Shown in pieces: positions 27,417 to 40,144 of a DNA stretch of 64,000 nucleotides (positions are counted from its first letter, which is position 1; every line of letters starts with the position of its first letter). The notes under the pieces were generated by a model, which was not told the origin of the DNA, searched no databases, and worked only from the letters and a program-made list of their open reading frames with translations. Where the stretch lies: positions 44,516,001 through 44,580,000 of the forward strand of contig OX597815.1 of NCBI GenBank assembly GCA_951406725.2, given 5' to 3'. The translations under genes were made by a program, and so were the position numbers. The stretch is from Octopus vulgaris. Lineage: Eukaryota.

Positions 27417-27524
27417 CTGACAGCTGTTTCGGCAGTGAGGACAGTCATACCTCATTTAACCTATAAGCCATAAAGGCAGGTATAAATGAGGCATTAACAA
27501 AGATGCCCCACGGCCTCTTCAGAG
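27417..27524 (-). ncRNA. Hammerhead ribozyme (mirror copy in left arm)
   Basis: Reverse complement of 28538-28645. Confidence 0.75.
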
Positions 27525-27867
27525 AATTAAATTAAATTTGTTATAATAGTGAAAAAATATTATATAATCATATACATATAAATATAAAAATATAAAAAAG
27601 TAAAATATAAAAACTTATACATCATAATGCTACACTTGTATAATATAATACATATTTGTACAAAAAGGAAGGTAACCAGAACAAAATAAAACAAAATATA
27701 TAACAGTGTATATATAATATTAATAAGTACCGATATCATACATATTTAGCTAATAGTTTTTTTTATAAAAAAAGGGGCTAACACATATGGAGATGAAAAA
27801 TAATAATAATTAAATCCGTGGTACAGTTCATAAAATTCTAAAGCTATAAAAGTTAATAAAAATTACT

Positions 27868-27904
<37 letters not shown>

Positions 27905-28158
27905 GTAATAATAATAAAAATAATAAAAATAGATACAGTTAAGTTATCACCAAGTCCATCCTTCCAAGATCGAAATAACTATGAGTTAAGAAATGCTGAC
28001 CACTAGGTAAAGAAAATTTAGATTTGCCAATCGAATTAATCTAAATTTTCTTTACCTAGTGGTCAGCATTTCTTAACTCATAGTTATTTCGATCTTGGAA
28101 GGATGGACTTGGTGATAACTTAACTGTATCTATTTTTATTATTTTTTATTATTATTAC

Positions 28159-28195
<37 letters not shown>

Positions 28196-28537
28196 AGTAA
28201 TTTTTATTAACTTTTATAGCTTTAGAATTTTATGAACTGTACCACGGATTTAATTATTATTATTTTTCATCTCCATATGTGTTAGCCCCTTTTTTTATAA
28301 AAAAAACTATTAGCTAAATATGTATGATATCGGTACTTATTAATATTATATATACACTGTTATATATTTTGTTTTATTTTGTTCTGGTTACCTTCCTTTT
28401 TGTACAAATATGTATTATATTATACAAGTGTAGCATTATGATGTATAAGTTTTTATATTTTACTTTTTTATATTTTTATATTTATATGTATATGATTATA
28501 TAATATTTTTCACTATTATAACAAATTTAATTTAATT

Positions 28538-28645
28538 CTCTGAAGAGGCCGTGGGGCATCTTTGTTAATGCCTCATTTATACCTGCCTTTATGGCTTATA
28601 GGTTAAATGAGGTATGACTGTCCTCACTGCCGAAACAGCTGTCAG
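28538..28645 (+). ncRNA. Type I hammerhead ribozyme with long branched stem II
   Basis: ct-CTGAAGA-ggccgtgggg...(cctcattta/taaatgagg)...cctcactgcc-GAAAC-agct-GTC^ag; palindromic stem III ACAGCTGT; stem I short. Confidence 0.78.
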
Positions 28646-29030
28646 TTTTGATTTATTTGCATATTGTAGTTGTAATTTTTTACTTATATCTCTTTATCTT
28701 TTTACTTTTACTTTTACTTTTACTATTACTGTATATCTCATTTCATTTTATATATTGCCTTTATCCTATGTAATGGTGTATTAAAGTATGGATTGAGTAT
28801 CATCGGATAGTTGATGCTTTATTGATTTAAGTATGTTTCTCCATTCTCTAATTTTGTAGTATTAATTTACGGTAATATTATTACCCTTACCCATTTAATA
28901 CAATAGATGAACTGATTGCTTGACAATTTCTAACATCTTTGTATTATTTTTGTTGGGTACCTATCTAGCAGTATATTGGATATATATATCCCATGGTGGG
29001 TTGAATTTTCAACCCTATCTCATTTTATAA

Positions 29031-29103
<73 letters not shown>

Positions 29104-29651
29104 TCATACGTATGTGTGTGAGTATCTGAATGTGTGTACGTATGCGATATGTTAGTTAAACTGGAAAAAAAATCAAGGTCTTGATAAGCTTATGTAAACA
29201 AGGATACGGTGTAAACAAATATACACACACATGATATAGTACACTTTGTTATATCGCAATGTATGCGTATGACTATGCATATGCAATGAAAATTATGTAT
29301 GCACACAAACACGCATATATATTAAATACAAATGTATGCATATATATATACAAGCGCATAAATATTAAATACGAATACATACATACACACACGTGCACAC
29401 GCTTGTACGCACATATATTCATACTTTACTACACACCCTCTTACAGATAATTTGAAATGTAAGGTATACCCTTTTTCTCAACAAACATAACATTTTACTC
29501 TGTGAAAAATTAAGTGGGTTGCACTAGTTTTTATCTCTTCGCCAACAGCAAATACGCGATTACGCTTACTTGTTCCAACGTTCATATATATATTCATACA
29601 AACACACATACATACACACACATATGTATAATAATAATGATAATAATAATG

Positions 29652-29714
<63 letters not shown>

Positions 29715-29923
29715 GCTTCAAATTTTGCCACAAGTGTAGTAATTTTCAGGGAGTGGATGAGTCGATTACATCGACTACAGTGTTCAACTGGTACTTATTA
29801 CCTCGAACCCGAAAGGATGAAATGCAATGTCGACCTAGACAGTATTTAAGCTCAGAACGTAGCGACAGGCAACATAACGCTAAGTATTTCGTCCGGCGCG
29901 CTATAGATTCTGCCAGTTCGCCT
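29715..29923 (-). mobile_element. SINE family A next to (AAT)n
   Basis: gattctgccagttcgcc (head, minus) and cccgaaaggatgaaa (central domain, minus). Confidence 0.85.
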
Positions 29924-29929
29924 TAGGAT

Positions 29930-31490
29930 GAGGAGGAAAATACGAAGACAGACATTCACTACTCCACTCTCATCACCTCCATCCACTACAAACACACAGA
30001 CTCACACTCATACCTCAACTTCTCCTCCTCCCACCCTAAACAAACCAAGCTTTCCATCCCCTATTCTCAATTCCTCTGTCTACGCAGGCTCTGCAGTGAC
30101 GACCATGACTTTTGAGATTCAGTCTCAACTCATAGCTCGCCACTTCATCCTACGTGAATATCCTCACCACTATCCACACTGCCCTTGCCAGAGCACGTTC
30201 AGTGGACCGTGTATCTGCTCTTTCCCCGCGAACCCGCCCTACAGTCTCCCGCCTCCCGTTTCCCCTCACCTACTACCCCACCAGCCTACCTTTCCAACGC
30301 ACCATTCTCCGAGCCTTCCGGTGACTCCCGACCGACCCCTCCACTTTGCACATTTTCCATAACTGACCCCTCCTCTCCTTCAAACGAGCCCACAACCTCT
30401 TGGTACACAGCTTCTTCCCTAACCCAACCTCCCAACCCGGCTCGTTCCTCTGCTTCCGCCCACGCTGCCGCACTTCCCTTACCTCTCCAACACCACTCTC
30501 CTCACTGGCACCCATCATCGACCCTATCACATCACCGATTCCTTCACCAGCACTTCTCCTGCTCTCTCTGCTCTTCTCTATACATCGGGCAAACGGGATG
30601 CCGCTTGGCTAACCGGTTCACGGAACACCTCTGAGACATCCAACTCGGCAATGACACCCCGATCTCGCGCCATTTCCGCTCTACCGGTCACTCTTTGCAG
30701 CACCTGTCCGTATTCGGATTGTCCTTGCACAGGTGCCATCCGGACTCCCGTTTGCGCCGTCAACAGGGATTAATCTTCTCTCTTCGCTCCTTTATGCCAC
30801 ATGGGCTCAACTCTCCTCCCCCTTCATCTTACCTCCTCCTCTTCACTCTCTCCCCCTCACACCTACTTCTTCCCACCCACCCACCTCTCATCTCTTGATC
30901 CGACTCCTATTTCTTCTCTTCACTCCTACCCGCCTTCTCCTTCCCCCTTCATCGTCTCCCCTCCCTAGTAAGCCCACCCCACCCCTACACATCCCACCCC
31001 GCCTTCCCTATCCTTCAACATCCCACCCATCCCGCCCCATCCCTTACACCCACTCCCATATACCCCAGTTCTACCCCCTCCCTCCGCCTAACCCACACCC
31101 CACCCTTGCTTTCTCCACTCTCGCCTCCCCCACCTCCCAACACCATCACACCACACACCACTACACACATACACCACCATACCACACAACACATCACATC
31201 ATAACATACCACCACGCACACATCAGCACTGACCACTTCCTAGACCCACATTTCACACCTAGACATGCACACACGCACACGTCAAGATCACCAATCCTGT
31301 TTCACATGCACATACAAACTCTATTAAACACACGCACGCGCACCTTAGTTTTGTGATCACCACTACTTTATTATCTCCCCTTCTCCGTAGCTCTCCTGTG
31401 TTACCCTTCTGTCCGGCATTCGCCATGATAGATCGCTAGCCACTATACATTCTTTATTTTCTCTCCTTGTTTCATTCTGCGTTCCTTCGG
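29930..31490 (+). mobile_element. Penelope-like element 3' half with GIY-YIG endonuclease pseudogene (about 30545-30815) and truncated pLTR
   Basis: SCSLCSSLYIGQTGCRLANRFTEHL*DIQLGNDTPISRHFRSTGHSLQHLSVFGL...LRRQQGLIFSLRSFMPHGLN is the typical PLE endonuclease C-terminus; strong C/T strand skew. Confidence 0.9.
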
Positions 31491-31542
31491 ACATGTACTT
31501 GCATAGCATGTGACCTGATCTGAGATCGTGTACTGAAATAAA

Positions 31543-31735
31543 AACAATCGCAGCGTGGAAGGTGCTTATAAGCTATTTAAAAACACACAAAAACCGTTAG
31601 ATTCACGTCAGTAATCAGGTCGCGGTCTCAAAGCGATGAAAATATTTTGGCAAATTAAATTCAAATGTTGAAGTGAATCTAACGGTTTTTGTGTGTTTTT
31701 AAATGGCTTATAAACACCTTCTACACTGCAATGGT

Positions 31736-31736
<1 letters not shown>
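31543..31736. repeat. 64-bp inverted repeat (MITE/fold-back) ending near (TA)n
   Basis: 31543-31606 is the reverse complement of 31673-31736 with a few mismatches. Confidence 0.85.
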
Positions 31737-31771
<35 letters not shown>

Positions 31772-31805
31772 GTATATAAATATATACGTGTGTGCTTGTG
31801 TGTGT

Positions 31806-31843
<38 letters not shown>

Positions 31844-32392
31844 TACACCGATAAACAAAGTGGGATATAATAGATTATCGGCCGGCACATTAAACCAGCT
31901 GACGATTATTTGTAATGTGTGTATGCATTGTGATATGAAAATGCATTTTGTAATTAATTGGAGATGGATTGTGTTTACTGTTATAAATAATTTCATGTAA
32001 TCCTGATTTCATATTTCAGAAATAATATGGCTTAATTTGCGTACGACCTCCCCCGTTTGGCAACACCATAGAGGTCGCACTTCATTTGCTCTCACTTCCA
32101 CTTGCTCCCACTGACTAGAACACAATCACATCACACAAGTTGAGCTGGTTAATTAGAATAAAAAATATTCACACAAACTCTCCTTTGTTTCAGCTTATGA
32201 TAAGTTTCAGCTAACATCTGAAAGCACTATTGTACTGAATACAATGTGTTCAGGATACTTATGTACGAGAACAAATGTTTTATTCAAAGTGTGATTCTAT
32301 AATTCTAAGTAATATTGATAATAAATAAAAAGTGGTATAAAACATTAAATACTATTCTCTGAATGATACACTCACTGTAATTATTATTAATA

Positions 32393-33697
32393 CTAGTGGG
32401 ACCCATGAATATTTCACGGAATTAATAGAAAACCTATTGGGCTATTCCTGAAAACTTTATCCAAAATGTCTGAAAGCGTAGCCTGTGTTGCGTCTGTATA
32501 AAAAAATAGTCGCTCATATGCTAATCATTGAAAAGTGAAGGAAATTGGAATACGATGATTACTTAATGCACTTTATATACTATATGCACAACTTTATAGA
32601 TGCAGCACTCATAAAATATTCACTCTTAATTTTCCATTTTTCTCATAAACAGAAAAAATTACATTTTAAGATTTACACGGTCACAATTTCATATTTAGAA
32701 AACAAAAATTTTATAGTAAAAAAATATTTTATATGTAAAATATAGGAGTCACAATTTCATGGGGGTGAAAATTTAATGCAACATGGCATACTCTGAAAAC
32801 CACATCGTTGGTAACTTATAAGGCAAGGCGATGGGTCAGAACCAATAGACATTTCAATTTGCATACACTTTTCAATCCAACACTTCTTTACACTATGTTC
32901 TTGGTGTAAGTTCTCCCTTTTCTTTTCCCTTGTTTGTCAGTGTTGATACCTCCCACATCAGGTAATTTGCGAGCCCTTGAGAATGTAACATATAACTGAC
33001 CGGTGCTGAATTGAGGTTCAAGCAAGAATAACCCCACGTTGTTAAATGTCTGCCCTTGTGGTTTATTGGTTGTCATTGCAAATGATAAGTGAACGGGAAA
33101 CTGGTTTCTTTCTTAAGTGAAAGGCACATTTGGGATGCGCATACGTTAAGTGACAGGTGATATAAAAAACTAATTCAATTTAAGAAAAAAAAAAAACTGA
33201 CATTTCACCATGCACTCACCATAGCCACCTCCACCACCATCATCGCCAACATCTCTCTCTCTCTCTCTGCCTTTCTTTAATCTCACCATTAGAACATAAC
33301 CCCTCTGCTAAAATTATGTTCCTAACTCGCCCCTGTATCACTACTTCCAACTAACTTTTTTAATCACGTAATGAATATTACGTTCCCGTATCACGCTTCT
33401 CTCTCCTTTTTCTGTCTCTATCTCTCTTTTTCTTTGTCTCTCAATCTTTTTCTTATTCTCTCTTTCAGCCTCGCTCTTCGCCTTATTTTCTTTTTCTCTC
33501 TCTTTTTCCCCTTATTCTCTCTCTTTTCAATTAATCACGCGGAAACGTTACAATTACGTTCTCTGTACCTCGCGTCATGGACGCTTCTCTCACCCTCTTT
33601 TTCTCCCTTCCTCTTTTTGCTTCCTTCTTTTTTCTAATCACGTGAAAGCGTTACCGCTGGACTAAGTAATGTAATGACAAGCAGGATTATTATAAGA
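32393..33697 (-). mobile_element. Internally deleted Helitron with PIF1 helicase C-terminal remnant (32888-33130)
   Basis: Minus: A|TCttataataat 5' end; QFPVHLSFAMTTNKPQGQTF...GQLYVTFSRA; 3' hairpin ccgtgaa/ttcatgg plus CTAG|T. Confidence 0.88.
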
Positions 33698-33712
33698 TTT
33701 TCGTTGGTTTAA

Positions 33713-34110
33713 GGCGGGGAGCTGGCAGAATCGTTAGCACGCTGGGCGAAATGCTTAGCGGTATTTCGTCTGCCGCTACGTTCTGAGTTCAAATTCCGCT
33801 GAGGTCCACTTTGCCTTTCATCCTTTCGGGGTCGATTAAATAAGTACCAGTTACACACTGGGGTCGATATAATCGACTTAATCCGTTTGTCTATCCTTGT
33901 TTGTCCTCTCTGTGTTTAGCTCCTTGTAGGTAGTAAAGAAATAGGTATTTCATCCGTCTTCACGTTCTGAGTTCAAATTCCGCTGAGGTCGACTTTGCCC
34001 TTCATCCTTTCAGGGTTGATAAATTACGTATCAGTTGAGTACTGGGGTCGATGCAATCGACTTCCTCCCTCTCCGAAACTGCTGGTTTTGTGCCAAAATT
34101 CGAAGTCAAT
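33713..34110 (+). mobile_element. SINE family A composite (full unit plus second headless unit)
   Basis: Second B-box and central domain begin right after gtaaagaaata at about 33943. Confidence 0.88.
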
Positions 34111-34294
34111 ATTTTCCGTGGTTGGCTCTGAAACGAGCTCCCCTGCTCGGGGGAATTTTATTGTTTAAATTTTGTTGCTAATTGCTATTGTTATATATTT
34201 TGTACACGAATATTGTGCTTAACCCTACTTGTTCCTCATGTCGTATTGTTCTTATTTCTTTTTCCATGTTTGGCCCTTATGGCTCATAAATAAT

Positions 34295-34346
<52 letters not shown>

Positions 34347-34415
34347 CCTCATCATCATTATCATCATTATTATTATTATTATCCTCATCATCATTATCAT
34401 CATTATTATTATTAT

Positions 34416-34586
34416 TAGTATTATTCAGTAGTTTTATGTTTATAACGCGCTTTCACTTCACTACCGAGTGCAGCTCTGTGTGCCTTGGGTATGTGATGTG
34501 GTTTGTTGTGATGCTCTTATAGTTACTGTATTGAAAGTTTTTTACGTAGGATGTGTGCAGTGCCTAGTATTGCTATTTTCTGTATG

Positions 34587-34636
<50 letters not shown>

Positions 34637-34733
34637 TTCTTAGTCCTGGTGTTTTTGTTATCTATTTGTCTGAATATTTTTTGTCATACCTAATGCACCC
34701 TCTATGGTAGGAATTGTTTCTGTTTTTAGACTC
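34416..34733 (-). mobile_element. R4/Dong 3' fragment in (TAA)n
   Basis: Paralog of 35363-35630; RSLKTETIPTIEGALGM; internal (TA)n expansion. Confidence 0.85.
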
Positions 34734-34749
34734 CTATTATTATTATTAT

Positions 34750-35299
34750 TGAGTGAGAGAGCAGTGCATGCCATCAAAGTGACACTGGGGTAAAATATAC
34801 GAAGCCCAATATACCCATCATGACTACCCGTCTGATAAGGGTACACCAGGCACATGCATCACAACCATATGTGCGCGACATGGTGATCTCATATCAAGAT
34901 AAACAGCACATGACCTTGCAGGTGGGGCCCAGTTAGAATTTTCTTCAGGTTGAGTAGCCCATCCCGTTCAAAAGGTCCCTGAATAAGGGTTGTTTAAGGA
35001 TGTTGAAAGAACCACCCATGTTTCCAGAGGTGAATTATTCAAACCCCAAAGAATCCCTCTCAACACATGGCTGTGATGCTCCCCCACTACTTCTGCTCGT
35101 GATCAGAGATGCACATATCGTCAGGCACTAAGGGACATGCTCAACTGGTTAAGGTCAAACAACTGACAAGCAAATCTGGGGTATTGAGCAGAATATTTGC
35201 TGTAGCCCGTCTTTTATACCAAGACAAAACAATGTACATGATAACACTTCCAATCAGTTAAGATCAGAAGCCATGAGAGCCACTGCCTGGTACTGCATC

Positions 35300-35301
<2 letters not shown>
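34750..35301 (-). mobile_element. Non-coding 552-bp element inserted in (TAA)n
   Basis: Flanked by (ATT)n on both sides; second truncated copy at 43585-43908 is also in (TAA)n. Strand assigned by analogy with the Dong orientation. Confidence 0.8.
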
Positions 35302-35362
<61 letters not shown>

Positions 35363-35365
<3 letters not shown>

Positions 35366-36110
35366 TAGCTTTATTCTTATAGCGTGGTTTCACTTTACTA
35401 CCGAGCGCAGCTCTGTGTGCCTTGGGTATGTGCTGTGGTTTGCTGTGTGCTCTTATGGTTACTGTATTGAAAGTGTTTTGCGTAGGCTGTGTGCAGTGCC
35501 CAGTAGTGCAATTTTCTGTATGTTATATATATTTGTAAGTCCTGATGTTTTTGTTATGTATTTGTCTGAATATGTTTTTATCATACCTAATGTACCTACT
35601 ATGATAGGAATTGTTTCTGTTTTTAGACTCCACATCCTAATTACCTCTATTTCCAGGTCTTTATATTTTGAAAGTTTCTCCATTTCTTTTAGAGAAACGT
35701 TGTCATCTGCTAGTATTGATGCATCATTCAGAAAGCATTTTTCTCTTCATAATTCTGATAACTATATCTGGCCTATTGGCCTTAATTTCTCTATCTGTGT
35801 GTATTGGCATATCGCAGAGTATGGTTGCTTTCTCGTTTTCTGTGACTTTTCTGGCGTGTGCCTATACCATAGTGTTGGCATAGCTTCCTGTGTACGTAGG
35901 TCCCAACTCTGTTGTGTCTGTAAATATATTCCTTCTTAGCCAGGACTGGGCAACCAGAGATAATATGATTTATTGTTTCTTTTCCATCTCCACATATTCT
36001 GCAGTTACTTAAGTTTCTCTTCATTTTATGTTTTTGGTAATGTCTGGTGAGGAGGCTTTGTTCTTGTGCTGCAATTAAAAACCCTTCAGTCCCTGCTTTG
36101 AGTCTTGATC
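35363..36110 (-). pseudogene. R4/Dong non-LTR retrotransposon 3' end: CCHC knuckle plus restriction-like endonuclease
   Basis: CRICGDGKETINHIISGCPVLAKKEYIYRHNRV; KPDIV; EKLSKYKDLEIEVIRMW; IQKIALLGTAHSLRKTL; 3' end joins (TAA)n. Confidence 0.92.
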
Positions 36111-38049
36111 ATTAAGGTAGCGATCTTACTGAATCGTTACCACACCAGAAAAAACAAAAAGGCTTAGCGACATTTAAATTCCGCCAGGATCGACTTTGCC
36201 TATAGCTCTTTCGAGATTGATAAAATAAGTACCAGCTTAGTATCTATCTCGTGAAAGAGCTAAAGAAAGAAATATAAATATTTTCTGAGAGTGAAACAAT
36301 AAGCTCTTCTTCTTTCAATAAAGCAACAGTTTCATGTCAGTAAGTATAGGAATCATGCCACTCCTGGTGATTCAACTTAGCAGCTAACATGGCAGTAACA
36401 CAGAACCACTTGTCTACTTTGGCTGTTTGAGGTATATTGTCTGCTTTTATGTTTACTGAATATTACACTATTTACTGAATTTCATGGCACTATTTGCGAT
36501 AATAACTCGTTACGGGAATACGAGTGATACTAGGCTTCTATTGTAACAAGTTAGCCACAAAATAGTGTCATTGACTTGGAGTGTAGATTTGGTACATATG
36601 TACGTGTGTGAGAGTATGCACGTGATTGCCTTTTACGGTTATATTAAATGAAAGTTATGGGATATTTGTTACCAAAAACGACTCTCGTGCTTAGTAATAA
36701 TGAGAATATAAAATTACTAAAAAATAATAATGTGCGAACAGAATGATTATCCCTATAGAGTTACTGATAGCATAAAAAATTGATACAATATATAATACAT
36801 ATATAACCGAAAATAATATATATATACAGCCTGACACAATATTTCTGAAAATATTGATATCAAATTACTTTATTTTTCAGATTCAGTAAGCATTTTAGAT
36901 TTTTCATGAAACTTGCCAAGAAGTATTAATAGTTGTGACTTTAATCGTAAAATAGCATTTAAAAGTTATGAAGCCAAGGCTACAAACATTGCACGAAAAT
37001 TTTGAGTAATCTTACGGTACTCTTTACAATTCTATTTTCTGCAATGTTTCCATATTTAGAAGAACAGGGCGAAAACTTTCACAACATTTAATATGATGAA
37101 TCGGCTTCAGAAGTTTCAAACTAATAAATTAGTAAAAGAAGATAAAATGAAGATAAAATGGAGATAAAAAAAGTCTGACGCTGAATGATCAACAACAACA
37201 TGAGGTCTGCTACCAAAACATAAATACTTCAACTGAAATAGTAGAACCGAAACATGGAACGTCAATCTTCATCAGTCCGAAAACGGGCATTATTTGAAAA
37301 AAAGCGGGAGCTGGCAGAACTACTGGATCCTCAGGTGAAAAAACCTTATAATAGTTCTTCCGACTCATTTAATTTTTTTTAAAATTCCACTGAGATTAGC
37401 TTTGCCTTTCATCCTCGCATGGTCGATAATACAATCCGAGTTGAGTACTTGGGTCGGTGTAATTGACATAATTCCCCCTCTATCCCTGCTATCTCATCTA
37501 AAATTACTGACCTTGTTCCAAAATTTCATACCATTCTTTGATTGAAGAAATTATCGCTGTTAACTTGCAGTCATATTTTATTGCGTCTGATTTGGAATTT
37601 CAAAGGTAACTCAAAGATTACTCCCAGCTATAATATTCTGAGCTGAAAATCATTGTTGTTGTTGTTATATCTCGAAAAGTGCAAAAACAAACAAAAAATT
37701 CAGGAATTGGTTAATGGTACCTATTAAATTACTTTAACCAATGATATTTGGGCAGCTACAACGATCAATTCTTTATATTCAATGTAAAAGTGCACCATCT
37801 TCACATCATTTTATCTGTTTATTGGTTCCAATCATTTGACTGCTGTCATGTTGGTGCACTATCTCGAATGAAGTCTGCACAATTTCACAAATCAATTTGA
37901 ACAAGAAAGATGATTTGCAAATTGTTTCTTTCGTACTCTTTAACAGAGGTGCATGAATAAGTGACGAATTAAGCCATGTTAACAAATTGTTTCCTTTTAT
38001 TTTCTCTTTCTCCTTCCCTCCTCTCCCTCCCTCTCTCTCTCTCTCTCTC

Positions 38050-38276
38050 TCTTAATTATTTTACTTGTTTCAATGAGTGGACTGCAGGCATGCGTGGGCA
38101 CCATTTTGAAGGGTTTAGTCGATATTGGCCCCGGTTTTTAATTATTAAGCCTGGGACTAATTCTATAGAAACGCTTTACCGAATCGCTATGTTACGAGAG
38201 CGTACACAAATCAACACCGGTTACCAGGCGGCGGAGAGACAAACACAAATGCATACACATATACGCATACACACAC

Positions 38277-38321
<45 letters not shown>

Positions 38322-38461
38322 TATATATATTTCTTTACTACCCACAAGGGGCTAAACACAGAGGGGACAAACAAGGACAGACAAAGGGATTTAGTCGATT
38401 ACATCGACCCAATGCGTTATTGGTACTTAATTTATCGACCCCGAAAGGATGAAAGGCAAAG
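38050..38461 (-). mobile_element. SINE B tail fragment, (TA)n, and SINE A 3' fragment
   Basis: 38330-38461 is the reverse complement of the SINE A tail; 38050-38240 resembles the SINE B tail. Confidence 0.75.
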
Positions 38462-38758
38462 TGTGTGTATGTATGTATGCATGTATGTATGTATGTATGT
38501 TTGTATGTATGTATGTATGTATGTATGTGTGTGTGTGTGTGTGTGTGTATTATATATATATATATATATATATATAATGAAGGGTGAAATTAATTAATTT
38601 GGAATAATTATCAATGGAATAATTATCAATGGAATAATTATATATAATGTCTAAAACCGCAAACATTACGGAAATTTTCATTTAGAAATATACTTATATG
38701 TGTGTGTGTATGTATGTATGTATGTATGTATGTTTGTATGTATGTTTGTATGTTTGTA

Positions 38759-38828
<70 letters not shown>

Positions 38829-39153
38829 GTCTAAAACCGCAAACATTACGGAAATTTTCATTTAGAAATTTTGCGTAAACTGGCGTTGCAAATAGAGTTG
38901 CTACAGAAACAATTGTAACGAATCTTTAAAGATGTGTTAAAAAATATTCTTTATCTTCTTTTCATTATGTGTGTGTGTGTGTGTGTGTGTGTGTTTGTGT
39001 ATGCACGACGTGCTTCCAAACAATTTATTTCTACTAAATACATTCATAAATCACTGGTTGGTCCAGAGTTATATTAGAACCAAGATAAGAATTGCATGAT
39101 TCTCGTGCAAATATGGTAGCCGGAGTGAAGAATTGTTGTTTACAGTCACTATA

Positions 39154-39420
39154 TAATAAAAAAAACAAACAAATGCGCCCTTTTAAAGCCTAGCCAGGTT
39201 CATGGGCCGGTTTCCTGGTTTCTATGGCGCATGTGTTCCCCAGCTGGACGGGACGCCAGTCCGTCACAGCGTTACTCATTTTGGCCAGCTGAGTGGACTG
39301 GAGCAACGTGAAATGAAGTGTTTTGCTGAAGAACACAACGCGTCGCCCGGTCCAGGAATCGAAACCACAATCTTACGATCATGATGCTGACACCCTAAAC
39401 ACTAAGCCACGCGCGTCCAC
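39154..39420 (-). mobile_element. V-domain-like tRNA SINE, full length, 14-bp TSD
   Basis: TSD ttacagtcactata at 39140-39153 and 39421-39434; A/B boxes; ctgtgacggactggcgtcccgtccag V-like motif. Tail also seen at 55562-55615. Confidence 0.88.
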
Positions 39421-39700
39421 TTACAGTCACTATAATGCTTCATATATACACTTCATCTTTCATTGAATGAATCTATATTTGCTCAGCCAGCTGTGGAAAC
39501 TATTAGCACAACTAGTTGACATATTGTCAAGCACTAAATATTCTGCTGTAAATCTGAGCAAGTTGGCAGAATTACAGGAACAGCTGGGTTCAAAGTAACA
39601 CAGATTGATTCAGGATGTGTCTACTTGCTGGAATTCAATATTCTACACGCGGGAAAGAAATACTGAACAGCGAAATGTCCTTGTTATATATGCTATAGAC

Positions 39701-39843
39701 CAGGCATGGGCATCCTTTTCCGAGAGGTGGGCCGCATGAGATATGACTCATCAAGCAAGCTGCACTACTAAAAAATTCAAGATAATTTTTCATTCAGTTG
39801 TGCCAGTCAGAAAGTCCCGGGGGCAGCAGGTTGCCTGTAACTG
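39701..39843. mobile_element. hAT MITE
   Basis: caggcatgggca ... ttgcctgtaactg; imperfect 8-bp TSD ctatagac/ctataaat. Confidence 0.65.
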
Positions 39844-40144
39844 CTATAAATAGTCACTTTCCTATACAAGGTGATTATCAGTTGTCTTCGGCAGAAAAAA
39901 TGTTGTTTAGCTTATATAACCATTCGAAGCAAGCAAGAAGCCTCTTTCTCGTTAATTATCCCGCTAATTCAAACTACGAAATTACCCATATCAAAGGCAA
40001 GTATTTTCTTTGCTGGAATTCTTACCACAGAGCTTTAATTTTTAGATAAGGATAGATTTTCAGCATATTTGGAAAATATGTCTTCGCCTTTTTTTTTTCT
40101 TTTTTGTTAAATACAAGATTCAACAGGAAATTTCAAAGAACATA

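Noticed and set aside
30733-31356. 207-aa Pro/His-rich ORF
   Set aside because: Product of the C/A-rich low-complexity 3' region of the Penelope-like element.
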